Made by a program: the position numbers and the translations under genes. This document shows, one piece after another, positions 48,954 through 58,500 of a stretch of 64,000 nucleotides of DNA. The DNA lies in NCBI GenBank assembly GCA_023231005.1, contig JALNWG010000006.1:43060-107059 (forward strand). Direction: 5' to 3'. Numbering within the stretch: position 1 is the first letter of the stretch; each line of letters begins with the position of its first letter. This DNA is from Bacteroidales bacterium. GTDB taxonomy: Bacteria; Bacteroidota; Bacteroidia; Bacteroidales; FEN-979. The notes under the pieces were generated by a model that ran no database searches, was not told the DNA's origin, and saw only the letters and a program-made list of their open reading frames with translations.

Positions 48954-49244
48954 CTATTTTAAAAGTTGACCTTCTACTTTTGAAATTCTTTCGCCATGAT
49001 CGCCCAGGGTGGCTTTCATTTCATCAATCCCGGTATCATGGCGGCACAGGTGTTCGCCAATTTCTTTATGCTTTTCGGTGCAATAGGTTTCCCTGCATTG
49101 CATCTGGACGATGAGCTTATCGACAGATTTTTTCAGGGCAATCACACTCATGTAAAACTGGTACAGGAAAAACCCGATGACCGGAATTGCAATTATTTTG
49201 ATGATGTCAAAGACATCCTGGAGGATAAAATCAAGTGGCTTCAT
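48954..49244 (-). CDS. N-terminally anchored small protein with Cys/His cluster and coiled coil
   Basis: 96 aa. TM IIKIIAIPVIGFFLYQFYMSVIAL, then CRETYCTEKHKEIGEHLCRHD. Directly upstream of the holin candidate. Confidence 0.4.
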   Translation of the reverse strand: MKPLDFILQDVFDIIKIIAIPVIGFFLYQFYMSVIALKKSVDKLIVQMQCRETYCTEKHKEIGEHLCRHDTGIDEMKATLGDHGERISKVEGQLLK

Positions 49245-50251
49245 GCGAGGAAAAATGAGTTATCGGATTTGTTTATGAATTCGTTGCGTGTTTCTGCAAT
49301 TGCCTTTCCGGCGTAGCGGGTCGAATGAAAATAGGCAGGGTAAATATCTTCACTGGCGGTTTCATCAAGATATTGCTGCAGGGCTTTCAATTCGGATTCT
49401 CCATCTCTTTGATTGGCTTCAGCCATGATGGAGATTCGGTCTTTGTTGGAAGCCTGCTTTGATGAGACGTTAGCAAACGTGTTGCCGGCAGTATCGAAAA
49501 TGCCCCAGTCCAGAACGTCAATTGAAATTTCTATCAGTGCTCTGGCCATGGTAAGATGAGCCAATGCCGGACGGATCAAGTCCAACAGAACCAATTGCGC
49601 GGTTGTCAAATCATCATCGGATTTCCAGGCCGCTTTAAACTCATCGAACAATTCCGCAGAAAGTGTAGGGCGGATATATTTTTTTTCCATAGAGCGGATG
49701 ATCGGTTTAAGGCTTACGAAAACCCGTCTGCTCTCGCGTATATCCACCTCACTGTTGAACTCAAGGGTCCCACGGATAAACAGGTCTTCATCCTGGGGAT
49801 CGAATCCGGGGTAGTCTTCCTTGTGTTCATCAAGGAATTTGAGAACAAGGTCCAGCGATGTGTTTGCCCGACGGATCCAATTCTCTTTGAGGTTCTGCAC
49901 GCGGTATTGCGGTGCCGTTTTGTGGGTTGGTGTTTCTATGACCTGGATACCCTGGGAGGAAATGCTCACCCCGAATTCATCGGCGCCAAGCCACAAAGCA
50001 TAAAGTGCAAGTGGTTTGCGGAGCATAGCGAGTAGTACTGCCAAATTTCCTGTTGTTGTTCCATCATCCGGAGGAACCGGATCAAGGGCCATCAGGTCTT
50101 GAAGTTGATCATAGAGAACATCGCCCAGCACAGGTTTGATGAAGGTTTCCTGCGCTTCATCAATATACGGGAACCAGTTTTCGATCGAGTTGCTGACATT
50201 TATGGAAGCAGCCGTTAAAACCTGTGAAAGATTATCTATCAGTCTTGTCAT
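49241..50251 (-). CDS. internally duplicated phage protein downstream of the portal (connector/adaptor-like by position)
   Basis: 336 aa. The two halves align: FIKPVLGDVLYDQL / YIRPTLSAELFDEF; LLAMLRKPLALYAL / LLDLIRPALAHLTM; LKFLDEHKEDYPGF / LQQYLDETASEDIYPAY. Confidence 0.35.
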   Translation of the reverse strand: MTRLIDNLSQVLTAASINVSNSIENWFPYIDEAQETFIKPVLGDVLYDQLQDLMALDPVPPDDGTTTGNLAVLLAMLRKPLALYALWLGADEFGVSISSQGIQVIETPTHKTAPQYRVQNLKENWIRRANTSLDLVLKFLDEHKEDYPGFDPQDEDLFIRGTLEFNSEVDIRESRRVFVSLKPIIRSMEKKYIRPTLSAELFDEFKAAWKSDDDLTTAQLVLLDLIRPALAHLTMARALIEISIDVLDWGIFDTAGNTFANVSSKQASNKDRISIMAEANQRDGESELKALQQYLDETASEDIYPAYFHSTRYAGKAIAETRNEFINKSDNSFFLA

Positions 50252-51585
50252 GCGATATTCTTGTCGATGCGTTTATCAATCTTCGTTGGATGGTCCTGCA
50301 TGGTCTGAGAGGTGTCAACTGTCACATAATCAAACTCGATATCTGGAGACCATTTATTGAAATCCCGGATGAAATACAATGGTTCCAAACTGATTTGCCG
50401 GTAAATGCCCATCTCGGCATTGAGTTGCCAGAAGGCTTCCCGTTTGTCTGATCCGCTGCCTGCTCCGAGATTTCCCCCGGGAAGTCCTGAACCAACCAGG
50501 CATGGATCAACCCCGATAGCAAAGAGGATTTCCGAATTTGCAGCCTGTGAATCTGGCAGATAAGCATCATCTTTGAGCTTATTATCAATCACATTGATCT
50601 TCCATCCGGCCAGGTATTCACCTTTGAACTTGTTGAAAAAGGTGAAGGTGAGAAAGGCTTTCCCGGTATTCTCGACATCTGACAGGAAATCGTTCATTTC
50701 CGAAAGCACCTTCGTTCTTGCCGACTCACGCTGTTCGCGGGTGTAATCCGGTGAAGGGTACCTATTCATGAAATAATCATCGGGTATCTCAATGTGATAC
50801 TTGATGGTCATCTGGTTTTTCATGATGGCCTGCTTGAGCTGCGGGACCTTGTTGGCAATGCCGAGCCATCCGCTTTGACGGATTCCGTTCCATACTGAAA
50901 GATGATAATAGGATTTGTTGAACGAACGGTAAAAAACCGGATAAGCAAACTGAGGGTCCTGGTATCGTTTACCATCATATTTAAACGGATCATACATCGG
51001 AATCTTAGCCAATGATCCGTCGGCTTCATTCGGAGAAAGATCCCACTGGGCCGAAAAGAATAGGAATGGAATCCGTGATGGATGGTCACTGTCCATTTTG
51101 GCATTCCGGCAATAGGCCGGGTCTTTCACGAAAACCTTGTTGATCTTGTCTTTTCCCTTGTTCAGGATGAATTCCACCCAGCCGTTGGCAAATATTTCCA
51201 GACTGCCGATAAGGTCAATCCATTGAAAGTTCAAACGGTTGATGCGAAGAAACTCAACTACATCCGGATCAGTGACTATTTCCCGGATGGGCGCTCCCAG
51301 GTTATCCTTGCCTTTATCACGATATGCTAGGATGCCCCGGCCATAATGGACGGTCTTTCGTTTTTCAAGTGCCCGGAGTGCAATCGAATTCTTTTCCAGG
51401 TCAGTCAATACATTCTGAGGGAACAAATTGTCGTCACCCCAGGGTGACCAGGGCCAAGAGCTGTAATCCTTTGGGATCACAACCTTTTCTGTGGCTGCAT
51501 CCTCAGTCTTTTTATAGGATGTGGCGACAGCTTTGGCTCCCGGCAAAAACGCGATCCCATTTTCGTAAACGATCTTTTGTTTCAT
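50248..51585 (-). CDS. phage portal-like protein
   Basis: About 445 aa (start MKQKIVYENG at 51585). Size, position and a Gly-rich loop (GSGLPGGNLGAGSGSDKREAF) are reminiscent of portals. Not verified by search. Confidence 0.55.
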   Translation of the reverse strand: MKQKIVYENGIAFLPGAKAVATSYKKTEDAATEKVVIPKDYSSWPWSPWGDDNLFPQNVLTDLEKNSIALRALEKRKTVHYGRGILAYRDKGKDNLGAPIREIVTDPDVVEFLRINRLNFQWIDLIGSLEIFANGWVEFILNKGKDKINKVFVKDPAYCRNAKMDSDHPSRIPFLFFSAQWDLSPNEADGSLAKIPMYDPFKYDGKRYQDPQFAYPVFYRSFNKSYYHLSVWNGIRQSGWLGIANKVPQLKQAIMKNQMTIKYHIEIPDDYFMNRYPSPDYTREQRESARTKVLSEMNDFLSDVENTGKAFLTFTFFNKFKGEYLAGWKINVIDNKLKDDAYLPDSQAANSEILFAIGVDPCLVGSGLPGGNLGAGSGSDKREAFWQLNAEMGIYRQISLEPLYFIRDFNKWSPDIEFDYVTVDTSQTMQDHPTKIDKRIDKNIA

Positions 51586-51974
51586 CAATAGCAAACTTTC
51601 TTGTTATTGAATTCGATGATCAGCCGGATATGGAGCTTTCGCTTCTGACCGTTGGGCAGAAGGATGTTCCTGGTTGAATTGACCCAGTGGTTAGGATCTT
51701 TTGTAATCCGTTCAACGACAGGGATGTTCTTCTTTGCTGCAAAGATTTCCTTTCCCTTTTTCGTTCTTACTGAGCATTTGCAAGCATCCTTTAGTTCAAT
51801 GATCTCGCCGCCGGTTTTCTCCGACCTGTTTGCAGTGACAAATTTCAACTGGAACCTGACGGGTTTTTCCTGGCCATCAAATGAGTCCATGATCTCAAGG
51901 ACATCCCACAACCGTATAAAAGTAGAATTCATGGGAGCAATAGTACAATGGCGGTCATTTAGAATAAAGGACAC
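51585..51974 (-). CDS. phage-block hypothetical protein upstream of the portal
   Basis: 129-aa basic protein. Its stop overlaps the portal ATG. First gene after the cassette-2 terminator. Confidence 0.35.
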   Translation of the reverse strand: MSFILNDRHCTIAPMNSTFIRLWDVLEIMDSFDGQEKPVRFQLKFVTANRSEKTGGEIIELKDACKCSVRTKKGKEIFAAKKNIPVVERITKDPNHWVNSTRNILLPNGQKRKLHIRLIIEFNNKKVCY

Positions 51975-51994
51975 TATTTTAGCAGTGAAATTCA

Positions 51995-52010
51995 GACCAT
52001 AAAAAAAGCG
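51995..52010. repeat. 16-bp direct repeat GACCATAAAAAAAGCG, copy 1 (low-coordinate edge of cassette 2)
   Basis: Identical 16-mer at 63055-63070. Each copy is fused to a terminator hairpin. Confidence 0.6.
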
Positions 52011-52031
52011 CTCCGTCTTTCGATGGAACGC
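52001..52031 (-). terminator. rho-independent terminator closing cassette 2
   Basis: Minus-strand gcgttccatc-gaaa-gacggagcgc (one mismatch, one G-U pair) followed by TTTTTTT. Lies 41 nt after the stop at 52072. Confidence 0.65.
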
Positions 52032-52071
52032 TTGATTAAAAAGTGACTGAGTGTTAGAACACTCTATTGCC

Positions 52072-52419
52072 TCATTTTTTTACTGGCCGGTCATACTGGC
52101 AGCATCCTAGCAATGCATTGTAAGTTTTATCAGTGGCTTTGGCATTATCAGTATCGTGTCCGACCTTTGCAACTGCTTCTTCGATCTTTATGGCTGTGGT
52201 CTTGGTGTCATCAAAGGTCACAGTTAACATTAAATCTTCTGAATCCCACGTTGCTTTGGTGACGCCTTTTACGGAATTGGCAGCCTTCTCGATCCGGGTT
52301 TTACACATGCCGCAATTACCGTAAACTTTGATTTTTTCGGTTTTCGCAACATTGGCAAAAATTGAGGTCATGCTGAAAAACAGCAAACCTACTACTAACA
52401 TCATTGATTTTGTTCTCAT
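52072..52419 (-). CDS. periplasmic heavy-metal-associated (HMA) domain protein
   Basis: Signal peptide. YGNCGMCKTRIEKAANSVKGVT (CxxC). C-terminal DKTYNALLGCCQY. Paralogue of the C-terminal domain of the adjacent adaptor. Confidence 0.75.
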   Translation of the reverse strand: MRTKSMMLVVGLLFFSMTSIFANVAKTEKIKVYGNCGMCKTRIEKAANSVKGVTKATWDSEDLMLTVTFDDTKTTAIKIEEAVAKVGHDTDNAKATDKTYNALLGCCQYDRPVKK

Positions 52420-52448
52420 CGTTTTTAAAATTTAGTGGTTAAAAAAAA

Positions 52449-54107
52449 TTACTTTCTGTAATGACAGCACTCAGGTAAACTCTCGTATGTTTTGTCATCA
52501 GCTTTAAACTTTTCAGTATCATGTCCTGCTCTGGCAATGGCCTTCTGTATAGCGCTCAGATCGGTTTTCATGGAGTCAAATTCCACCTTGATTTTGTGAG
52601 TTTTTGTATCCCAGATGGCCGATGTTACGCCACCAACCGATTTAGCAGCCTTTTCTATCCGTTCCTTACACAAGTCGCAATTCCCGGATACGGTAAACAT
52701 TTCATTCTCTATCATAGGTTTCATTGATTTATCCATTGTTTCTTTAGTTGGCTGTGTTGATTTGTCCGCCGGGTCAGGGTTCCCCTTCGACCTTTTATCC
52801 CCGGGCATATCCATTCCAGGCATAGATGAAACCTGGCCACCTGAGGGATTCATCATACTCGGCTTGCCTTCAAGCTGGGCGGCTGCATCCACGCTGAACG
52901 TCCCCTGGGTTACAATTTCCTCTCCTTCGGTCAGACCATCCGCTACAATATAACTGCTGCCCAGCATGGGACCAAGACCAATTTCCCTGATTTTGAATAT
53001 GGGTTCGTCCGTTCCGGGCAGTTTTACATAAACAATGGAGCGTTTGCCGGTCCATAATACGGCTGAACGGGGAATAACCATTTTATCCTTAAATTCGGCC
53101 ATGTTGGCCTTGACAACCCCGGTGGCAAACATCTCCGGTTTCAATTTTCCTGAGCGGTTGTTAATCTCAACCCTTACCTTTGAAACACGGGTTATCGGAT
53201 CAACCACTGGATCAATAAAGATGATTTTTCCCGAATAAGTCTCCCCGGGCATAGCCTGGACAGTAAAATCAATTTTATCGCCGGATTTCAGAAATGGCAG
53301 GTCACTCTCGTAGGCATCAAACATAACCCATAAGGAGGTAAGATCAACAAGATCATATAAGGAAGTACCCTGCGAGACATAATCACCATTGTTCACCCGC
53401 CTTGAAGTAACGATTCCTGAAATGGTTGAAACAACTTCAAATTTGGTTTGAACCTTTCCGGAATTCTCTATGCCGGCAATCTGACTATCTGAAAGCTTCC
53501 AAAGCTGCAGTTTTTCCTTTGCTGCTTCATATATCTCGGGTTGGGATTGTTTTGTCTTCGCAGCTTCGAGCAATTCCTGTTGAGCAGTAACCAATTCCGG
53601 TGAGTAAATTAATGCCAGGGTTTGGCCCTTTTTAACCGTCTCACCTGTAAAATTCACCAGTAGTTTGTCGATACGTCCGGGGTATTGTGCAACCTGGCTT
53701 TGCAACAACCTTTCATCGGCCTGTAGCTTGCCATACAGCCTGACTTCTTTAACAGATGATTGGCGCGAAACCACCGAAGTGAGGACATTGGCGAGTTGGG
53801 CAGCTTCCTTGGTTAAATGAATAGCATTGGGGTCAACATCCGCTACATTCTGGTTTAGCGGGATCAGGTCCATGCCACAGATGGGGCATTTTCCCGGGGC
53901 ATCTCTGCGGATCTGAGGGTGCATCGCACAAGTCCAGATTGTTGTCTTTCCATCCTGTACGGCATGTTCATGCTTTTCCTCTACTTTTCCTGAGGAATGA
54001 AAAAACAGCCAGCCAATAAACAGACCTCCAATAGCAAACAAACTGAAATGGAAATATCTGTTGAACAAAATTTTCTTCATCAATATTGAACTCTTCGTGG
54101 TATTCAT
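52449..54107 (-). CDS. CusB-like RND adaptor with N-terminal CPxHPx-type metal-binding domain and C-terminal HMA domain
   Basis: 552 aa. TM, then WTCAMHPQIRRDAPGKCPICGMDL (53859-53939). MFP core. Met/Pro-rich linker MMNPSGGQVSSMPGMDMPG. C-terminal GNCDLCKERIEKAA...CCHY (52452-52697). Confidence 0.85.
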   Translation of the reverse strand: MNTTKSSILMKKILFNRYFHFSLFAIGGLFIGWLFFHSSGKVEEKHEHAVQDGKTTIWTCAMHPQIRRDAPGKCPICGMDLIPLNQNVADVDPNAIHLTKEAAQLANVLTSVVSRQSSVKEVRLYGKLQADERLLQSQVAQYPGRIDKLLVNFTGETVKKGQTLALIYSPELVTAQQELLEAAKTKQSQPEIYEAAKEKLQLWKLSDSQIAGIENSGKVQTKFEVVSTISGIVTSRRVNNGDYVSQGTSLYDLVDLTSLWVMFDAYESDLPFLKSGDKIDFTVQAMPGETYSGKIIFIDPVVDPITRVSKVRVEINNRSGKLKPEMFATGVVKANMAEFKDKMVIPRSAVLWTGKRSIVYVKLPGTDEPIFKIREIGLGPMLGSSYIVADGLTEGEEIVTQGTFSVDAAAQLEGKPSMMNPSGGQVSSMPGMDMPGDKRSKGNPDPADKSTQPTKETMDKSMKPMIENEMFTVSGNCDLCKERIEKAAKSVGGVTSAIWDTKTHKIKVEFDSMKTDLSAIQKAIARAGHDTEKFKADDKTYESLPECCHYRK

Positions 54108-54111
54108 AATA

Positions 54112-55569
54112 TCAATTTTCTTGAATGGGTGAAGATGCCATCAAACGTTGTAACCAGGAAATTGCCGTGTTGTAATCTACAACAGCTTCAATCTTTTTAA
54201 ATTCATAATCAAGCAACTGCTGCCTGACCCGTAAAATATCAGTGAGCGGGACAACAGATGTGGAAAGGCCTTTTAACATGATGTCAAGTGTTTTGCCGGC
54301 CAGATCACTCTGACTATCGTATAACTTCACCCTGCGTTGCCCGTCTTTAAATAATTGAACCGCTTCGTAATAGTTGGTTTGCAGAGAATTGGCCGTTGCT
54401 TGGTAATTTTCCTTATTGGCAGATTTCAATAACTCAGCCTCGATTTTCATGGCATTGTACTTATTCCGGTATATGGGCAAGGTAACCGTTGCCATCGGCA
54501 TGATCATATCCTTACCATTCATTGACGATGTGGACATCGCGCTTTTACTGATCACAGAATAATTCAATCCCAGCCCCATCATCGGATACCCCATTTTGGT
54601 AACCATTTTTTGGCGTGCATCCAGCGATTGCTGCTCGTATTGCAGCATCCCCAGCATGGGGTTATGTGAAAGCATGCTGTCTGTTACCGCAAGAAGTGAT
54701 AAGCCAAGTGAATCAGGAATAAGCTGATCAGGTAATTGAACAGGTGAAGCTGAAGGTCGGTTCAAATAAGCATTGAAACGGGCTTCGATTGTGTTTCGCT
54801 GGGTCTTCAACAGTTCAATATTGTTTTCAAGTTCACCAATTTCGATCTGAATCCTGTATAAATCGGCCAAGCCTGATCCACCGGATGAGCTGCCCATGGA
54901 GCTGCTTTGCATGGCAGATGGTGACTGAGCTGAACTTGCTCCCGACTGGCCACCGGAATTTCCACCCATGGTCTGCATTCCTTGTGGATTTGCGGAACTG
55001 CTTTGTGATGAGCCCGCCGGATTGGATGTTCCTGATGCAGGACTACTGTTTCCTCCTGCCGGAGCTGCTTTAAATTTCACCAGGGTGAGCCGCTCAATCG
55101 TATGCAGGATATCAAGGTTCTTTTCAGAAATCCGAATATCCTGCTGAACTTTCTGCAACTCGTACCAGCTCTTTTTCACATCAAAAAACACCTGCAATTT
55201 GGCATCCCTGAATGATTCAAATTTTGCTTTTGCCATAAGACTCATCTCATCCTTTGCGGATTTCAGCGTACCGAACCAGGGAAACATCTGCATCAGTTTT
55301 ATATCTGCGTTCTGTCTACCGTCAACGAGTTCCATGGGTTGAATAAATACTCCGACGTTTAATTCAGGATCCGGTAACGCTCCAACCTGCGGAACTTTTT
55401 GAAGTGCAGCCTGATATTCATAGAACTTCTGTTGAACAGTCGGGTTGTTCTTTGCTGATATGACCAGGTATTGCAACAGTGAGTCCGGTTGTTTCTGGCT
55501 GCTGGCAACAAACCAACCACAGGCCCCGATGAAAGCCAGCAATATGTTTTTATAAGCTGTGATTTTCAT
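54112..55569 (-). CDS. TolC-family outer-membrane factor with Ser/Gly/Gln/Met low-complexity insertion
   Basis: 485 aa. Two OEP-like repeats. Residues ~168-233 are low-complexity (AAPAGGNSSPASG...MQTMGGNSGG...AMQSSSMGSSSGGSG). Confidence 0.85.
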   Translation of the reverse strand: MKITAYKNILLAFIGACGWFVASSQKQPDSLLQYLVISAKNNPTVQQKFYEYQAALQKVPQVGALPDPELNVGVFIQPMELVDGRQNADIKLMQMFPWFGTLKSAKDEMSLMAKAKFESFRDAKLQVFFDVKKSWYELQKVQQDIRISEKNLDILHTIERLTLVKFKAAPAGGNSSPASGTSNPAGSSQSSSANPQGMQTMGGNSGGQSGASSAQSPSAMQSSSMGSSSGGSGLADLYRIQIEIGELENNIELLKTQRNTIEARFNAYLNRPSASPVQLPDQLIPDSLGLSLLAVTDSMLSHNPMLGMLQYEQQSLDARQKMVTKMGYPMMGLGLNYSVISKSAMSTSSMNGKDMIMPMATVTLPIYRNKYNAMKIEAELLKSANKENYQATANSLQTNYYEAVQLFKDGQRRVKLYDSQSDLAGKTLDIMLKGLSTSVVPLTDILRVRQQLLDYEFKKIEAVVDYNTAISWLQRLMASSPIQEN

Positions 55570-55571
55570 CT

Positions 55572-58500
55572 CTATTGGGTATTACTTGTTTGAATTGCTT
55601 TTTTATTGGCGCGCAATACTGCCCTTTCTCTCCACATCGCCTGGAACATCGGGACCACAAAGACGGTCATCACCTGGATGATCATACCACCAAAGGTTGG
55701 TATCGCCATGGGGACCATAATATCAGCCCCCTTCCCGGTTGATGTTAAAACAGGTAAGAGCGCAATCACCGCAACCGCGGTGGTCATCATGGCAGGGCGG
55801 ACACGTTTCAGCCCGGCAGCAACCACCGCTTCACGAACTTCGTGGACGGTCGTTGGATGTCGTTGTTCAAATACCTGGTGTATGTATGTTCCCATAATCA
55901 CCCCGTCATTGGTAGCAATGCCAAAAAGGGCAATAAAACCGACCCAGACTGCGACACTCAGGTTGATGGTATGCATCTGGAACATATCCCGCAGGTTAAT
56001 TCCGGCAACGGAAAAGTTCATAAACCAACCCTGTCCATAGAGCCAGAGCATTATAAATCCACCGGCAAACGCCACAAAAACACCTGAAAAATGAATGAAG
56101 GCGGCGGTCACCGTACGGAACTGGAAGTACAACAGCAGCAATATAAGGATCAGACTGATGGGGATTACGATGGAGAGCCTTTTTGTGGCCCTGATCTGCT
56201 GTTCATAATTCCCGGCAAATTTGTATGAAACCCCGGGAGGCAGTTTTATACCGCCGGTGCTTATTTTCGCCTGGATGATTTTTGCGGCATCTTCAACTAC
56301 ATCAACTTCGGCTTTACCTTCCTGCATATCGAAGATCACATATCCAACCAGGAAGGTATTTTCACTACGAATCATTTGCGCACCCCTGGTGTAGTCAATG
56401 TCGGCGATCTCACCCAGCGGAACCTGCACGCCATTCATAGCAGGGATCAGAATGCGTTTAATATCATCTGGATTATCCCTTAGTTCACGGGCATAACGGA
56501 CCCTGATCGGGAATCTTTCACGTCCTTCAACTGAGTTGCTGAGCGACATGCCTCCAACTGCCACCTGCAGAATTTCCTGCACGTCGCTGATGCTCATTCC
56601 GTAGCGGGCCATCGCTTCACGGTTCAGCTTAATTTCAAGATAAGGAGCACCAACTGCACGGTCGTAGAATACAGATGTGGCTTTTACAGAAGGGACATCT
56701 TTCAAAACTTTCTCGAACATCATACCTGCCTGTTCGATCGATTCCAGGTCGGGCCCATAGACCTTCAGTCCCATGGGTGCCCGCATCCCGGTGGAGAGCA
56801 TGACCAACCGTGTTTCAATGGGCTGTAATTTCGGTGCTGATGTCAAACCCGGAATGTTGGTCACTTTGACGATTTCATTCCAGATATCGTTTGGTTTTTT
56901 AATCTGCGGGCGCCATTGACGGAAAAATTCGCCTTTTTCGTCCGGAATAAGACTGTCTGCCGGAATTATTCTGAATGTCTCTTTTTCAGGATTGTACTTT
57001 GATCCATTTTTTAACCGGTAGTAATCATTCCTGTCCGTTTTGAACCGCATCCTGTGTCCGTCTTCATCAAGAATATATTCTGACCGGTAGTTTATGGTAT
57101 TCTCGAACATCTGAACAGGTGCGGGATCCAATGCTGAATTCACCCGGCCCCATTTGCCGACGGCAATTTCAACTTCAGGAATGACCGAAAGCCGTTTATC
57201 AAGCGTTTCGATGTACTCAAGGTTTTTTTCAATGCTCGAATGAGGCATACTGGTGGGCATCAGCAGGTATGAACCTTCATTAAGTGAAGGCATGAATTCT
57301 TTACCGGTACCGGGAAATGTTTTCACCGCACCCTGCCATACCGCTGTCTGTCTCACACTCTTCCAGCCGATCTTCTCCAAACCATCCGGGACAATTCCGA
57401 AAATTTTATCAATGCCCTGCCATGCCAGGATGCCGAAAAGCAAAGTAAAAGCAGGAAGCATAAGGAATTTCCATTTATGGATCAAACACCACCGAAGGAT
57501 GGGTTCATAAAAATGTACCATGGTCATCAAGGCACCAAGAATGACAGTCACGATACCGGCCACAAAAATGAAGTTGACAACAGAACTGTTGTGAGCGCCC
57601 AATGGAAGCCATTCGATGGAAAGGTACCAGACAGCTACCAAAACAGTGATGGCAATGTTGATGTAGTTGGTTATTGCACTGCTTTTTTCTTTCCACAGAT
57701 GTCCGGATAAATTATTGAATCCGATGGCAACCAAAGCCAAAGCCGGCCATGTGTGCCAGAAAATGACAAACAGGACCCCTGCACCAATTAGAATTCCGTT
57801 CCAGATTTTGCGAATTTTGGTCTTGTCAAAACGTATATTAAAAAAAATGTGCACCAGTGTTGGCAAAACAATGATGCCAAGTAGAAAAGCCGACAGAAGG
57901 GCAAACGTTTTGGTAAAGGCCAATGGTCGGAAAAGTTTTCCTTCGGCAGCTTCCATGGCAAATACAGGTAAGAAACTTACTATGGTAGTGGCAATCGAAG
58001 TAACCACGGCAGCTCTCACTTCTGTAGTCGCCTGGTAGATGACATCCAGCAATTTCTTTCCCCGTATCCCCTTATTCTCCGGCATCTCCAGGTGTCGAAG
58101 GATATTCTCTACATCCACAATACCAATGTCAACCATAACGCCAATAGCAATTGCAATTCCTGACAAGGCGACAATGTTGGCATCAACCCCGAAGAAGCGC
58201 ATCAGGATAAAGGTCATCAGCACTCCCAAAGGCAATAATCCGGCGACAATGAATGAAGCCCGCAGGTTCATGACAAGCACAATAATGACGATGATGCTGA
58301 TAAGGATTTCATGGGACAGGGCATATTCAAGGGTGCCAATGGTTTCCTTGATCAACCCGGTCCTGTCGTAGAAAGGAACAATGCTCACTTTTGAGATACT
58401 GCCATCCGGCAAGGTCTTTTGAGGCAACCCTGCTTCAATTTCCTTTATCTTCTGTTTCACATTGCCGATGACCTCCATCGGATTGGAACCGTAACGGGCA

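Noticed and set aside
48769-48969. A 66-aa plus-strand ORF in the gap upstream of the endolysin.
   Set aside because: The minus-strand 56-aa two-TM ORF (48777-48947) fits the operon direction and the coupling to the endolysin start. The plus-strand ORF is its shadow.
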